Of a stretch of 49,151 bases of DNA, positions 37,987-49,151 are shown one piece after another (position 1 is the stretch's first letter; each line of letters begins with the position of its first letter). The notes under the pieces were generated by a model. The model did not search any database. It saw only the letters and a program-made list of their open reading frames with translations, and had not been told where the DNA came from. The stretch covers positions 186,001 to 235,151 of the forward strand of contig JABVCE010000039.1 in the NCBI GenBank assembly GCA_014905635.1. The letters run 5' to 3'. Made by a program: the position numbers and the translations under genes. The DNA comes from Scenedesmus sp. PABB004. Its lineage: Eukaryota.

Positions 37987-38412
37987 CGGGCGGGCGGGCG
38001 CGCGGGGCAGCGCGGCGCGCGGGCTGGGCTGGGGCGGCGCGGGGTTCGGGGCGCGGGCGGCGGCAGGGCGCAAGGTGGGCGTGGTTGTTGCACGCGAAGA
38101 AATGGGGCGCCGTGCGGCTGCATTCACGCGCACGGTAAATGAGCACACAGCCGTTCTTGACGGCGCAGCGATCGCCGCCGCTCAGCGGCCTCGCAGACCA
38201 GCTCGCGCACGCCCACGGCAGCCTGCTTCCTAGTGGCCCCGCTCACCCGAATCACGTGCGGAGTGCGAGCCCGACGCGGCCAGGGCCAGCTCGTTCGGGC
38301 GCCGCGGCGAGCGGCGGCGGGCGGCTGCAGCGCCGCGCTGCTGCCGCGCCGTCCGGCAGCGCGCTCGGCCCAGGCGCGGCCGCGCGGGGCCGCGTGCTGC
38401 CGCGCGCAGCCG

Positions 38413-40180
38413 ATGGCGTCCCCAGCGCGCCGGCTGGCGTCCGCGCCGGCGCTGCGCCGGCGCCTGAGCGCAGCGGCAGGCGGCTGCTGGCTGATGCGCG
38501 AGTTCATCCAGCAGAGCCTCTACCACCCGGTGCGCCCGCCGCCGCCGCCGCTGCCGCCGCCGCCCCACCGCCGCCGCGGCCCCCGCCGAGCAGCGCGCGC
38601 GGCCGCCGCCCCGCGCCGCGGCGGCGCAGGAGCAAGGCTACTTCAGCCGCGCGGCACCGCCGCTGCGGCGGCTGCCGGAGCCGATCAACTTCAACCGCCT
38701 GCTCAACCAGGCGGAGTACAACGCCGTCCTCGCGCGCGCCTACGCGCAGCTGCAGGCGCGCCGCCGGCGCGGGCGCGCTGCGTGGCTTCGCCGCCGCGGG
38801 CCGCCGCGCCGCCCGCGGCCGGCGCAGCGACCCGCGACGACCCGCGGCCCAACCGGCGCCGCGCGCAGGTGGACTGGCTGACGCCCGTGGAGGTGTTTGC
38901 GCCCTGGTACGGCCGCGCGCTGGGGCGCTACATGCTCGAGGCGCGGCGCCACGGCCTCGCCGGCGGCGCGCCGGGCGCGCCGCTCGCGGTCGTGGAGGTC
39001 GGCGGCGGCACGGGCACGCTCGCGGCGAGCGTGCTGGTGCGGCGCGCGCGCGGGGCGGCGCGCTGGCGCGGCACGCCGTGGCGCGCGGGCGGGCCGGTGG
39101 GCGTGCCCACGCCGCGCCGCCCACGCCGCGCCGCCCACGCCACCTGCGCCGCGGCTGCTGCTGCTGCGCTGCGCTGTCGTTTGCAGGACTATGTGGCTGA
39201 GGCCGACCCGGTGACCTACAGCGCGATGAGCTACACAACCATCGAGATCAGCGCCGCCCTCGCCGCCGCGCAGCGCGCGCTCGTCGTCGGCGAGCGCGGC
39301 CACGTGCGGGTGCGGCGGCGGCGCCGGCGGGCGCGGCGGCGGCTGCCGCGCCGCACCCCCGCCCCGGGAGACCCGCAGCGTTACGCACCGCCGCCACCTC
39401 CGCCGCCGGCGCGGCCGCCGCCAGGCGTGGCACTGCGTGCACGGCGACGCGTCGCAGCCGGCGGCGTGGGCGGCGCGCGCGGCGGCGCTGCGCCCGCCGC
39501 ACGGCGCGTCGGGCCACTGCTTTGTGCTGGCGATGGAGGTGCTGGACAACCTGCCGCACGACCGGGTGGTGCGGCCCGACCCGGGCGGTGAGTGGCAGCA
39601 GGTCGCGGTGGTGCGGCAGCCGGCGGACCAGCAGCAGCTGGACGCCGGCGGCGCCGGCGCCGGCGCCCGCGGCGGCAGGCCCAGGCGCGGCGGCAAGGCG
39701 CCGCCGGGCACGCTGGCGCGGGGCGGCGGCTGGGAGGAGGTGCTGCAGCCGGCGCGCGACCCGCTCGTGCGGCGCTGCCTGGACGCGCTGCAGCTTCAGG
39801 GCGCGGGGCGGGCGGGCGGCGGCGGCCGCGGGCGGCGCGGCGGCGCCAAGGCCTGGCTGCAGCGCGCGCTCGGCCTGCCGGCGGGCGACGACGCCGACGG
39901 CGGCGGCGACGTCGCGGACGTGTGGCTGCCGACGCGCTGCCTCGCGCTGCTGGACGCGCTGCACGGCGCGGCGCCGTGCCACACGCTGCTCGCCGCCGAC
40001 TTTGACGCGCTGCCCGACGTCGTGCTGCCCGGGCGGTGCGCGCCGCTCGTGTCGGGCCGCGAGCGCGGGCGGGCCGTGGACCACGCCTCGCCGCTCGTGC
40101 CCTGGGGCAGCGCCGACATATTCTTCCCCACCGACTTTGACGCCCTGGGCGCGCTCTACGCCGCGGCGGCCGCGCATGCG

Positions 40181-40216
<36 letters not shown>

Positions 40217-40405
40217 GCGCGCGTGCGCGCGAGCCACTCGGCGACGGGCGACTTCATGTCGGCGTTTGCCGAGGCGCGGCGCACGCGGCTGCTGAGCGGG
40301 TTCAACCCGCTGCTGCAGGCCTGGCCCAACACGCGCGTGTTCGTCGGCCACGCGGGCCCCGCAGGCGCGGGCCCCGCAGGCGCGGGCGCGCCCGCGGCGG
40401 CGTGA
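38413..40405 (+). CDS. MidA/NDUFAF7-like SAM-dependent methyltransferase, mitochondrial; 5 exons
   Basis: MREFIQQSLYHPEQGYF, WLTPVEVFAPWYG, VEVGGGTGTLA, YTTIEIS, MEVLDNLPHD, DFDALPD, GSADIFFPTDF, GFNPLLQAWPNT. Confidence 0.88.
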
Positions 40406-41197
40406 GGGCGGCGGGGCTCGTGCGCGCAGCGAGGGGGCTCGCGCGCGCGTGTGACACGCCCCCGCCGTGCGGCTCTCCGCCCGGGCTCGCCGATCCGGCT
40501 GCGGCGGCGGCGGCGACTTGCGGGCGCGGACTTGCGGGCGCGCCGTTGACTGGCGGTGCGGCGGCCGTGCGGCGCCGCCACAGCAGAGCCGTCGGCTCAC
40601 GCAGCGAGCGCGTGCAGCAGCTGGCGCGCCCGCACGCGGTGCGCGCACCGCGTGCGGGTGCGCGCGCGGGCCACGCGCGTCCGGTCGGTGCCCGGACTTC
40701 ACGCCTGCATGCGTCCCGCCCCGCCTCGAGCCACCACCAGTGCCTCCCTCTCGGTCTCTCCCACTCCCTGGCGGGCCGTGCGGCTGCCGCACGCAGCGCG
40801 GCCGGTGCCGCGCGAACACCACCACACGCCCCGCGCGCGTGGAGCAGGATGCAGGCGACGTGGCGCCGCAGCGGCGCCACCCGGGCCGGCACGACGGCCC
40901 TGCCCCAGCGCGCGCGCGCCCCTGCGCCGCGGGGCAGCAGCGGCTCGCGCAGCAGCGCGCCCCGCGCGCGGCACGCGCCTCCAGCGGGTGAGCGCGGGGG
41001 CCGCCCGGTCGACGCGCGCGCCCGGGCCAGCCACGGGGGCGGCGCGGATGCCCCGGCGGCGCGCCGCCGCCCGCGCGCGGCCGGCGCTGGCAGCGGCAGC
41101 GGCAGCTCGCGGCGCAGTTGGCGCGGCCCCCCGATTGCCTGCGCGCCGCGCGCAGAGGCCCCTCCTCACCGCCGCCCGCCCGCCCGCGCGCCCGCAG

Positions 41198-42044
41198 GAG
41201 CGCGGCGGCGCTGGACGTGGTCGACAGCGCCGACGCGGCGCTGGCGAGCTACACGCTTGTCCGCCCGGGCGGCAGTGGCAGCGGCAGCAGCAGCAGCGGC
41301 AGCAGCAGCGGCGGGAGCAGCAGCAGCAGGAGGAGCAGCAGCAGGAGCAGCGGCAGCAGCAGCAGCGTGCTGGCGGCGCCGCCGGCGCGGCCGGCCGGCG
41401 CCGGCGCGGCCTGGTCGGGCGCGTGGTTTGAGGCCATGGTCCAGGCGGCGGTGCGGCAGCTCGACGGCGCGCCGTTTGTGCTGCGCGTGACGGCGCGGCC
41501 GAGCCTGCAGCTGTCGCTCGTGCGCGTGCCGCCCGCGGAGCTCGCGCGCGGCTGGGAGCACGTGCACGCGACCTACCTCGCGCCCGGCGAGGCGCGGCCG
41601 CACGACGCGCTCGTGCTGGTGCACCTGGTGCCGTCGGAGGCGCAGCCGTGCGTGGTCAGCAGCGTGCGCGGCCGCGCGTGCGACGCGTGCCCGCACGCCG
41701 AGCCGGGCGCGAGCAGCCCGGAGCTGCTGCACGGCCGCTTCGGCGACTGCTGCTCGGGCGAGGCCGGCGCGGCGCACGCCGCGGCGCACGCCGCGGCTGC
41801 CGCCCAGGCAGCCGGCGCGCCCGGCGGGCGGCGCGGGGGCGGCGAGGTGTCGTTCTTTGGGCTCGTCGTGCAGACCGCGGACGGGCGCGACCCCGGGCAG
41901 GGCTGCTACCTGCTCAAGACGACCGCGGCGACGCACGTCAGCGCGGGGGGCGGCGGGTGCAGCTGCACGCACTACAGCCTTACGCGGCTGTGCCAGGGCC
42001 CCTCGCTCGCGCAGCAGTTCCAGGCGGCCTGGCTCGCCAACTGA
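41198..42044 (+). CDS. Conserved green-lineage protein of unknown function (last exon; start not resolved)
   Basis: WF..VRQLDGAPFVL..FFGLVVQ..GCYLLKTT..CSCTHYSL.R..QF.AAWL resembles an uncharacterised plant family (recalled as At2g27830-like). Acceptor AG at 41196-41197. Confidence 0.7.
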
Positions 42045-42120
42045 GCCGTGTACCGGCGCGCCGCCGCCCGGCGGCGCGCCTTGTATCCCTTGTCTGTCTG
42101 TCTGTCTGTGGAGGACTGGC

Positions 42121-42125
42121 TTACA
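42121..42125 (-). promoter_or_regulatory. Candidate TGTAA polyadenylation signal for the M14 peptidase gene
   Basis: TTACA on +, about 360 nt beyond the stop at 42486. Confidence 0.4.
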
Positions 42126-42485
42126 CGCCGTGGTGTCGGGCGTTTTGGCGGGGGCACGCGCCGCGCAGGTTTCAAGAACAGACGCGCGACGCGCCGAGGA
42201 GGTAGTAGCTAGCTGGAGCGCACTGCTCTGCACACCAGAGCAGCAGGGCCTCGGCCGGGCCCTCTCATCCCCTTTTCGGAGCGCGCTGCGGTCTGAGCCG
42301 CCATGCTGCGAGCGCATGGTGGTGAGCGAGGGAGCGGCGCCAACGAACCGCCAGCCGGATGCTGGCGCAGGCGCGGGTGCAGCGCGTGCGCGGATTTTGA
42401 TCTGCGCGGCGGCCGTACCATTCACGACGAGCTCGAGCGCGGGCGGGGCGCTGCACGGCGGGGCGGTCACACACGTGGGCGGCTC

Positions 42486-44976
42486 TCACGCCTTGGTGTC
42501 GCGCTCCGCGAGCAGCGTCGGCACCGTCGCCAGCAGCGCGGTGACGTGCGCCGCGCCAAACGCCTTGGCGCGCTCGGGGTTCCACCCCGTCACCTCGTTG
42601 GGCGTGCCTGCGGGCGCGAGCGCGCGGGCCCTCGAGAGCGCGGGGCAGCAGCGCCCCCGCCAGGCGCCCGGGGCCGCCGCCCGGCCGCGCCGCGCCGCGC
42701 CCCGCGAGGCGCCCTGGAGCAGCCCGGAGCCCTGCCCCTGCCCCACACCCCGCGGGGGCCTCACCCACGCAGTCTTTGAACGGCATCTCAAGCACCAGGC
42801 TCAGCGTGTTGTGCCGCTGCGCGTTGGCCTTGGACGCGGTGCTGAGGTTGGCCCCGCCCGGCGGCGGCAGCGGGTAGTTGAGCGCGGGGTCGGTCTGGAA
42901 GTCGGGGCTCGCCGCGAGCAGCGCGTCTGCGGCGCGCGGCGCCGGCGGGCGCGCGTTGCTCGCAGCGCGCGCGGCGGCGCTGGTGGGGGCGCGGTGGCGG
43001 CGCCGCGCGCGGCGGCGCTGGCGGGCGCTGGTGGGCGCTGGCGTCGGGCGCAGCGGGGCGCGCACCGAGGAAGGCCGCCTGCAGGCGCTCGAGGCGCGGG
43101 CCCCACGCGGGGACGCCAAACATGGAGCCGCAAAAGTTGGCTGGGATCTCCTCGTCCCCGTGGACATCCAGCAACATGTCCAGCCCCGTGGCGTCGATCG
43201 CGCCGCGCAGCGCGACCACCTCCGGGCTGTAGTCGGCGCGCGGCGCCGCCCACTCGCGGTTGAGGTTGGCGCCCGCGGCGTTGGTGCGCAGGTGGCCCCT
43301 GCCGCCGGCGCGCGCCGCGTGTCGGGCGGCGGCGGCGGCGGCGCGGCGCGCGCGCGCGCGGCCCGCCCCCGGCGCACCGCACGGCGCCGTCGGGGCAGCA
43401 GTTGGGCGCGACAAAGACGACCGCCCGCTCCAGCAGCGCCGCGGCCTCGGCGTCGGGCCGCCCGCCCTCGGCGCCGCCGCCGGCCGCGCTGCGCCCGGTG
43501 AGCCGCTCCAGCAGGCCCTCCGCAAACCAGGAGGCCATGGACTCGCCGGGGTGCTGGCGGCAGATGACCCACAGCACCGCCTTGCCAGCACCGGGCGCGC
43601 CGACCTGGCGCGGGGGGCGGGTCGGCGGGCGGGCGAATGCTCTCAACCAGCACGAGCACGTCCAGGGCGCCGAGCCCGGCGGCGACGCCCCCGCGCCGGC
43701 CGAGGGCGGCGCCGCGGCGGCAGCGGACGGCGACGGCGCGGCCGGGCCGGGGCCGCGCCGGGGGCGGCGGCTCTGCGCCCCGCGCCGCGTGGGGAGACCG
43801 GTGGTAACTCCGGACGCTCGACCCCGGCGCGCCAGCGCGCGCGGCGCGCTCCCGCGCGCGGCAGCGGCCCGATCGCTGCGGCCATGGCGCGCTGCGCAAG
43901 CCGCTGGGGCCTCGCCAGCTGCAGCCGCTGCTTAGGAGTCGCTGGCCGCGGCCCGGGAGCACCGTCGCGGTACGACTGCGGCCCGGGAAGCCGCGCCGGC
44001 GGCGCCGCTGCTGTGACCCCCGCGCGCGGCGCACCTGCAGCGCGTGCAGGTCGCGGCCGTCGAGCGTCTGGCCCAGCACGTGGTGCGTCACGCCCGGCGC
44101 GTGCTGCGTCGGCGCGCGCGGGCGCGGGCGCGCGCGCGGCGTCGGCGCCGCGCTCGTGCCTGCGCCTCGGCGCCCGCCCGCGCGCGCGCCAGGCCGGCGG
44201 CGGCGCGGCGGCGCGGCGGCGCGGCCGCCGCAGCCGCCGCGCCTGCATGCGCATGACGAGCTGCTGCGTGCGCTCCCAGGAGTAGGGAGCAAAGTAGGCG
44301 AAGCGTACGCACGACGCGCTCGGCGTGTGCCGGATGGTCAGCACGCCCGCGTCGGCGTCGTAGCTCGTCCCCGGCACGCGCGTCCAGGTGGTGAGGTCGT
44401 CGCTCACACACGCGCGGTAGCCGGACCAGGCGGACGGGTACGACGCGCCGCCCGCGTTGAGTATGCGCAGCGTGAGCGGCACGCCCGCCGCGCCCGTGAC
44501 GGCAAAGTGAAACCACTGGAAGTGCGCGCGGCCGTCGACCTCCGTGTACGGCTCGCTGGCGGGTGGGTGGGTGGGTGTGTGTGGGGGGGGGGGGGGGCAG
44601 GGCAAGCGCAGCCGTCGGGGCCGCACGCGCCGCCGGGGCAGCGCCGCGCCGCGCTGCGGCCGGCGGTGCGCGCCGCCCACCTGACGATCTCGAGCCGCAC
44701 GTCGCTCGGGTCCGACGCGTCGAGTACCCGGATGTTGCCGGAGTCGAAGGCGGAGGAGATACCAAGCCGCGGCGCCGCGAGGCCGCCCGGCGCCATGCTG
44801 CTGCCGCCCGGCGCCGCTGCCGCCGCTGCTGCCACCACCGCCGATCGCGCGCCCACCGCCGCCCCTCCACCTGAGACTGCTGACCGGCCGTGCGCCGGGC
44901 GCGGCCCGCTAGCGGCAAGGCAGGCTGCGCGGCGCAGCAGCGAGGCGGCGCGCGGCGCGGCGGCGCTGCCGATCAT
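42486..44976 (-). CDS. M14-type cytosolic carboxypeptidase (Nna1/CCP-like, bacterial-type sequence); 7 exons; alternative start 44796
   Basis: [37 protein letters not shown] (Zn), [30 protein letters not shown] (Zn), LEMPFKD (catalytic Glu), GWNPER. Confidence 0.92.
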
Positions 44977-45254
44977 GCGGCGGCGCTGGCTGCGCGGCGC
45001 TGGGCGGGAGGCTGTGCTGGGCGCGGGCGGAGCTGAGGATCAAGACCCGCGCTGCGCGGTCGACACGAGCGATGCAAGTGACGACTGACGTGGACCGACG
45101 CGGCGCCGCACCGCCGCACCCGAGAGAGTCACACGCGGCGCGCGCAGCTGCCTGGCCGCAACAGCTCAGACCCTTCCTCCGGGAGCCCGCCCCCGGCGCG
45201 GCCCCGGCCCCGGCCGCGCCGTCCGCCCGCGCCCCGCCGTCCCCGCCCCGCTGC

Positions 45255-45631
45255 TCACTGCGCGCCCTCGCCGCCGCTGGCGGGCGGCGCCCCGCCCTCC
45301 GCCGCCTCCGCCGCCTCGGCTGCGGGCTCCGCCGCCGGCTGCGCCTCGCCGCCCTCCGCTGCCTGCGCCTCTGGCGCCGGCGCGCCGCCCTCGGCCGGCG
45401 CGGGCTCGCCGCCGCCGGGCTCGCCGCCCGCCTCGGGCGGCGGCGCCGCGGCCGCGGCCGTGGCCGCCGCGGCGGCCATCTGCTCCCGGCTGACCGCGTC
45501 CACCAGGGCCATCATCTCCCCCGGCCCGCCCACGAGCGTCAGCGCCTCGGCCGGCACCTCGTCCCCGACACCGCGGCTGCAGGCGCCGTAGCTCTCGCCC
45601 TTGACCAGCGCCAGCTGTGGCGGAAGGAGGG

Positions 45632-45727
<96 letters not shown>

Positions 45728-48555
45728 CATGCAGGCGGCGGCGCGGGCGGCGGGCAGCGGGCGGCGGGCAGCGGCAGCGGCGGCGGCTCGTCACGCGGGG
45801 CCGCCGGCGCGGAGCACGGCGCGCGGGCGCCGGCCGCGCGCACGGCGCGCCGGCCTGCCCCCCCCCCCCCCTTCTCTGCCCCGCCCCGCCCCCGCCCCGC
45901 GAGCCGTCCCCTGCGTCCCCGCCCCGCGCGCCCGCGCGCGCGCGCCGCACCTGCGTGGGCCGCGCAAGCAGGCGGCTGAACGCGGGCGCGAGCTCGTAGC
46001 AGTTTGCAAAGAGCGCCGCGCGGCCAAACACGTATAGCCCGAGCCGCGCGCGCGACAGCGCGACGACGAGGCGCCGCACGTCGCGCAGGTGCCCCACCGC
46101 GCGCGTGCGCACGAGGGAGAGCAGCACGTAGTCGTTCTGCTGGCCCTGGTACTTGTCGACGGTCGTGATCTGCAGGGGGTGGTGGTGGTGGTGGTGGTGG
46201 TGTGGTGGTGCGGGGTGTGGGTGTGGGTGTGGGTGTGTGGGAGTGGGGGTGTGGGTGGGGGGTCAGAGGCGGCGGCGCGCGGCGCGAGCGCGCCGCGGGC
46301 CGCTGCGCGACCGCCGGCCAGCGGCGCCGTGCGGGCGGCGCCGGGCGCCGGGCGGCGTGGTGCGTGCGGCGCGGCGGCGCGCGCGCGCCTTGTGTGGGCG
46401 GCCGATGAGGGGATGCAGCGCGCAGCGCGCCTCCACGACGTCGCGCAGCAGGTCCTTCTGGCCGTTGTAGGTGGTGAGGATGCTGATCTGCGGGGGGGGG
46501 GGGTAAAGGGTGTTTTGAAGGGCGTGTGTGCAGGGTGTGTGTGCAGGGCGTGTGCGGGGTGCGTGCGCCGGGTATGTGTGCAGGGTGCGGAGGGGGAGGG
46601 AGGCGCGCCGCCGCTCCTCCTGCGTCAACGCGTCCCGCCCACGCGCCTAAACCCTCCGCCACAACCCTACCCTCTGCCCCCCCCCACACACACACACACC
46701 CACCTTGTGCGCGGGGTAGCCCAGGAGGCGCATGAGCGCGTACGCCCCCACCACCGCCTCCGCCTCGCCCAGGTTCTGGTAGTAATACGGCGCCGGGCTG
46801 CTCTCGCCGCGGCCCTCCCAGTCGGGGACGTCCACAAACTGATACTCCAGCGCAAAGCCCGCGTTGGCGGCCAGGAACGCGGGCGACTGCGGACGCGGGC
46901 GCGCGGCGGGGCGGGCGCGCGCGCGGGCGCGGGCGCGGGCGGCGGTGCGTGTGAGGCGGCGTTGGGAGGGCGTTGGCAGGGGCGCGGGCGGCGGTGAGAG
47001 GGGGGGAGGTGCGGGCGCGCGAGCGAGGGGGAGGGGAGGGCAGCGGCGGCGGCGCGTGCGGGTCGCGCGGGCCGCGCGCCTGCGTGACTGCGGGCAGGTC
47101 CTGCAGGCCGCCGTAGCGCCAGTTGTAGAGCGCCGCGATGCTCGGCCGCGCGCGGCCCTGGGGCAGGGGGCGGGGCGGGCAGGGGGGCGGGGGAGGGTTT
47201 TAGGGCGGGCGGTGCGGGGGGGGGGGGGGGGGTGTGAGGGCGGCGGCGCGCTGCCTCCCTCGCCGCCCGCGCCGCCTCCCGCCGCGCGCCCTGCCTCCCC
47301 ACCACGCCCCTCTCCCTCCAACGCCCACCACGCCCACCACCGCACACCCCCCCACCCCCCTCCCACACACGCACACGCACACACGCACCTGCGCGTTGAG
47401 CTCCACGTAGGGCGTGCCCAGGCGTATGAAGCGCGCAAAGAGGCTCTGGTCCAGCCGGGCGTACTTGGCGTACGCCATGTTTTGAACCACCGGCGGCAGC
47501 TGGTGGTGGTCGCCTGCGGGCGCGGGGCAGGGGCGGCGGCGGGGCGGGGCGGGGCGGGGCGGCGCGGGGCGGGGCGGCGCGGCGGTGAGGCGGTGGCGGC
47601 GAGGCGGGGCAGAGGGCGGGGGGCCCCGCGGGGTTCGGCGCCGCCCGCTGGGCCCTGGTCGCCGTCGGGGCGTCAGGGCGGGCGCCGCCGCTGTGTGCGA
47701 GGGTGGTGGTGGGGGTGAGGGGGGGGGGGTGTGGGTGTGAGGGCGTTGGCCCTCACCGATGAGAATGACGCGCTTGAGGCGCGCGAGGCCGTCCTCCTGG
47801 CGCTGCAGGACCATGGGGATGAAGGTCTCCACCTCCAGCACCTGGGGGGTTAGGGGTTGGGGTTTAGGGTTTTAGGGGGGAGCACGGGCGGCGCGTGGGG
47901 GGCAACGGCGGCGGCGGCGCCAGGGCGGGGCCGGGGCGGGGCCGCCCCGCGCGTGCGGGGGCCCCCGTCGACCCTCCTGCCGCTTTCCCCACCCACGCAC
48001 CCCCTCACCCCCCCCCCCCCCCCCCACCTGCGCGGCCTCCTCCATGACGATGTTGTCGTACTTGAGCCCCAGGGCCAGGAACTCGCGCCGCTTCAGCGCC
48101 GCGTGCGTGCACGTCATCGCCACGACCTTGGCCTGCCGCGTGCACAGGTACGACACGCGGTCCGCCTGGCGGCCAGCGCGGGGCAGCGCGCGGGGCAGCA
48201 TGTGTGTGTACGTGTGCGTGTGCATGTGCGTGTGCGCGTGCGTGTGGGTGGGTGGGGAGGGGGGGGGGGGCGTGCGGGCGAGAGCGGAGTGGCAGCAAGC
48301 GCGGCGGCGTGCGGCGGCGCGGCGCGCGTGGTCCTCCTCACCGAGCCCTTGAGCAGCTCGAAGGGCCGCGTCTCCTCGAGCTCCTGGAACACCCGGCGCA
48401 GGTGGCGGAAGCACCCGCGCGCCGCCTCCAGGTCCTGCGCGGTGGCGGCGGCGCCGGCGGCGGCGGCGCGTGTGGGCGTGTGGGCGGCGCGGCCGCGTGT
48501 CAGCGGCGCGGCGGCGCGCGGGGCGCTGCGGGCGCTGCGAGCCCCCCCCCCCCTA

Positions 48556-48613
<58 letters not shown>

Positions 48614-49151
48614 GCCCCCCCCCCTCTCGCCCCCCACACGCAAGCACCCCCCCCACACACACAATATCACCCCACACGCGCGCGCACCTCTGCGTAGCTC
48701 TGCCCCTTGAACACGGGCGCCGGCGCGTCGGCAAAGTACTCGGCAAACGGGAACAGCCGCGCCACGCTGCCCGGGTCGGACACCGCCTCGGCCGTGCCCA
48801 CGGACGCGTTGAACTTCTCCCACCTGCGGCGCGGCGGGCGCGGCGACGCGCGGGCGGGGCGGCAGGCGCGTGAGGGGGCGGCAGGCGCGCGAGGGGCGGC
48901 GCCGCGCAACCCTCGTGCGACCCCTTGCGCGCGGCTCCGCCCCCCGCCGCCTCGGCCCCGTCGAGGCAGGGTTTAGGGTTAAATCAGCAGCCCCCGCGCT
49001 GCCGCCGCGTGCGCGCGTCGCACCGCGAGAGCACGTGCAGCAGCCAGAAGTACCCCCGCCGTCTCACACGTAAACTCCTGCCGCGGCGCGCCCAGCAGCG
49101 CGGCGAGCTTCTCCACCTGCGCCACGCGCAGCGGACGCGGCGGCGGCGGCG
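45255..49151 (-). CDS. AQR: Intron-binding spliceosomal RNA helicase Aquarius (3' portion; gene continues beyond window)
   Basis: [137 protein letters not shown]. Confidence 0.95.
45630..45729 (+). repeat. (GGCA)n / (CCTG)n microsatellite, about 25 units, in the last Aquarius intron
   Basis: Perfect tetranucleotide array just upstream of the acceptor site on the minus strand. Confidence 0.95.
48560..48613 (+). repeat. (CT)n microsatellite in an Aquarius intron
   Basis: Dinucleotide run with one interruption. Confidence 0.9.

Noticed and set aside
49051..49060. Apparent +1 frameshift in Aquarius (CETAG/YFW)
   Set aside because: One extra base in a C homopolymer of an essential, otherwise intact gene; most likely a sequencing or assembly error, not pseudogenisation.

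Overview
This is very GC-rich, intron-dense eukaryotic DNA, most consistent with a chlorophyte green alga. The evidence is short GTGCG/GCGCG...GCAG introns, TGTAA poly(A) signals, a plant-type TATA/CAA tRNA promoter and TTTAGGG-like motifs; Sphaeropleales is plausible but is inference only. Most long ORFs in the supplied track are GC artefacts, so genes were rebuilt by hand across introns. Genes in order: a bZIP/DOG1-like gene (partial), a secreted double jacalin-like protein, a type I membrane protein, a secreted FAS1 protein, alanine aminotransferase, an inverted paralog of the first gene, NRT2, an S9A oligopeptidase, RPL35A, a degenerate SET protein, an intron-containing tRNA-Tyr(GTA), a truncated NRT2 duplicate, a Nudix hydrolase, eIF6, a MidA/NDUFAF7-like methyltransferase, a conserved green-lineage protein, an M14 carboxypeptidase and the 3' part of Aquarius. 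The stand-out structure is 29894-33780, where the tRNA-Tyr gene is flanked on both sides by 5'-truncated L1-like retrotransposons with their 5' ends facing it. Downstream of the tRNA, four copies are stacked head-to-tail, each preceded by the same 14-bp motif that lies 25 nt after the tRNA. This is the pattern expected from repeated tRNA-gene-targeted integration.
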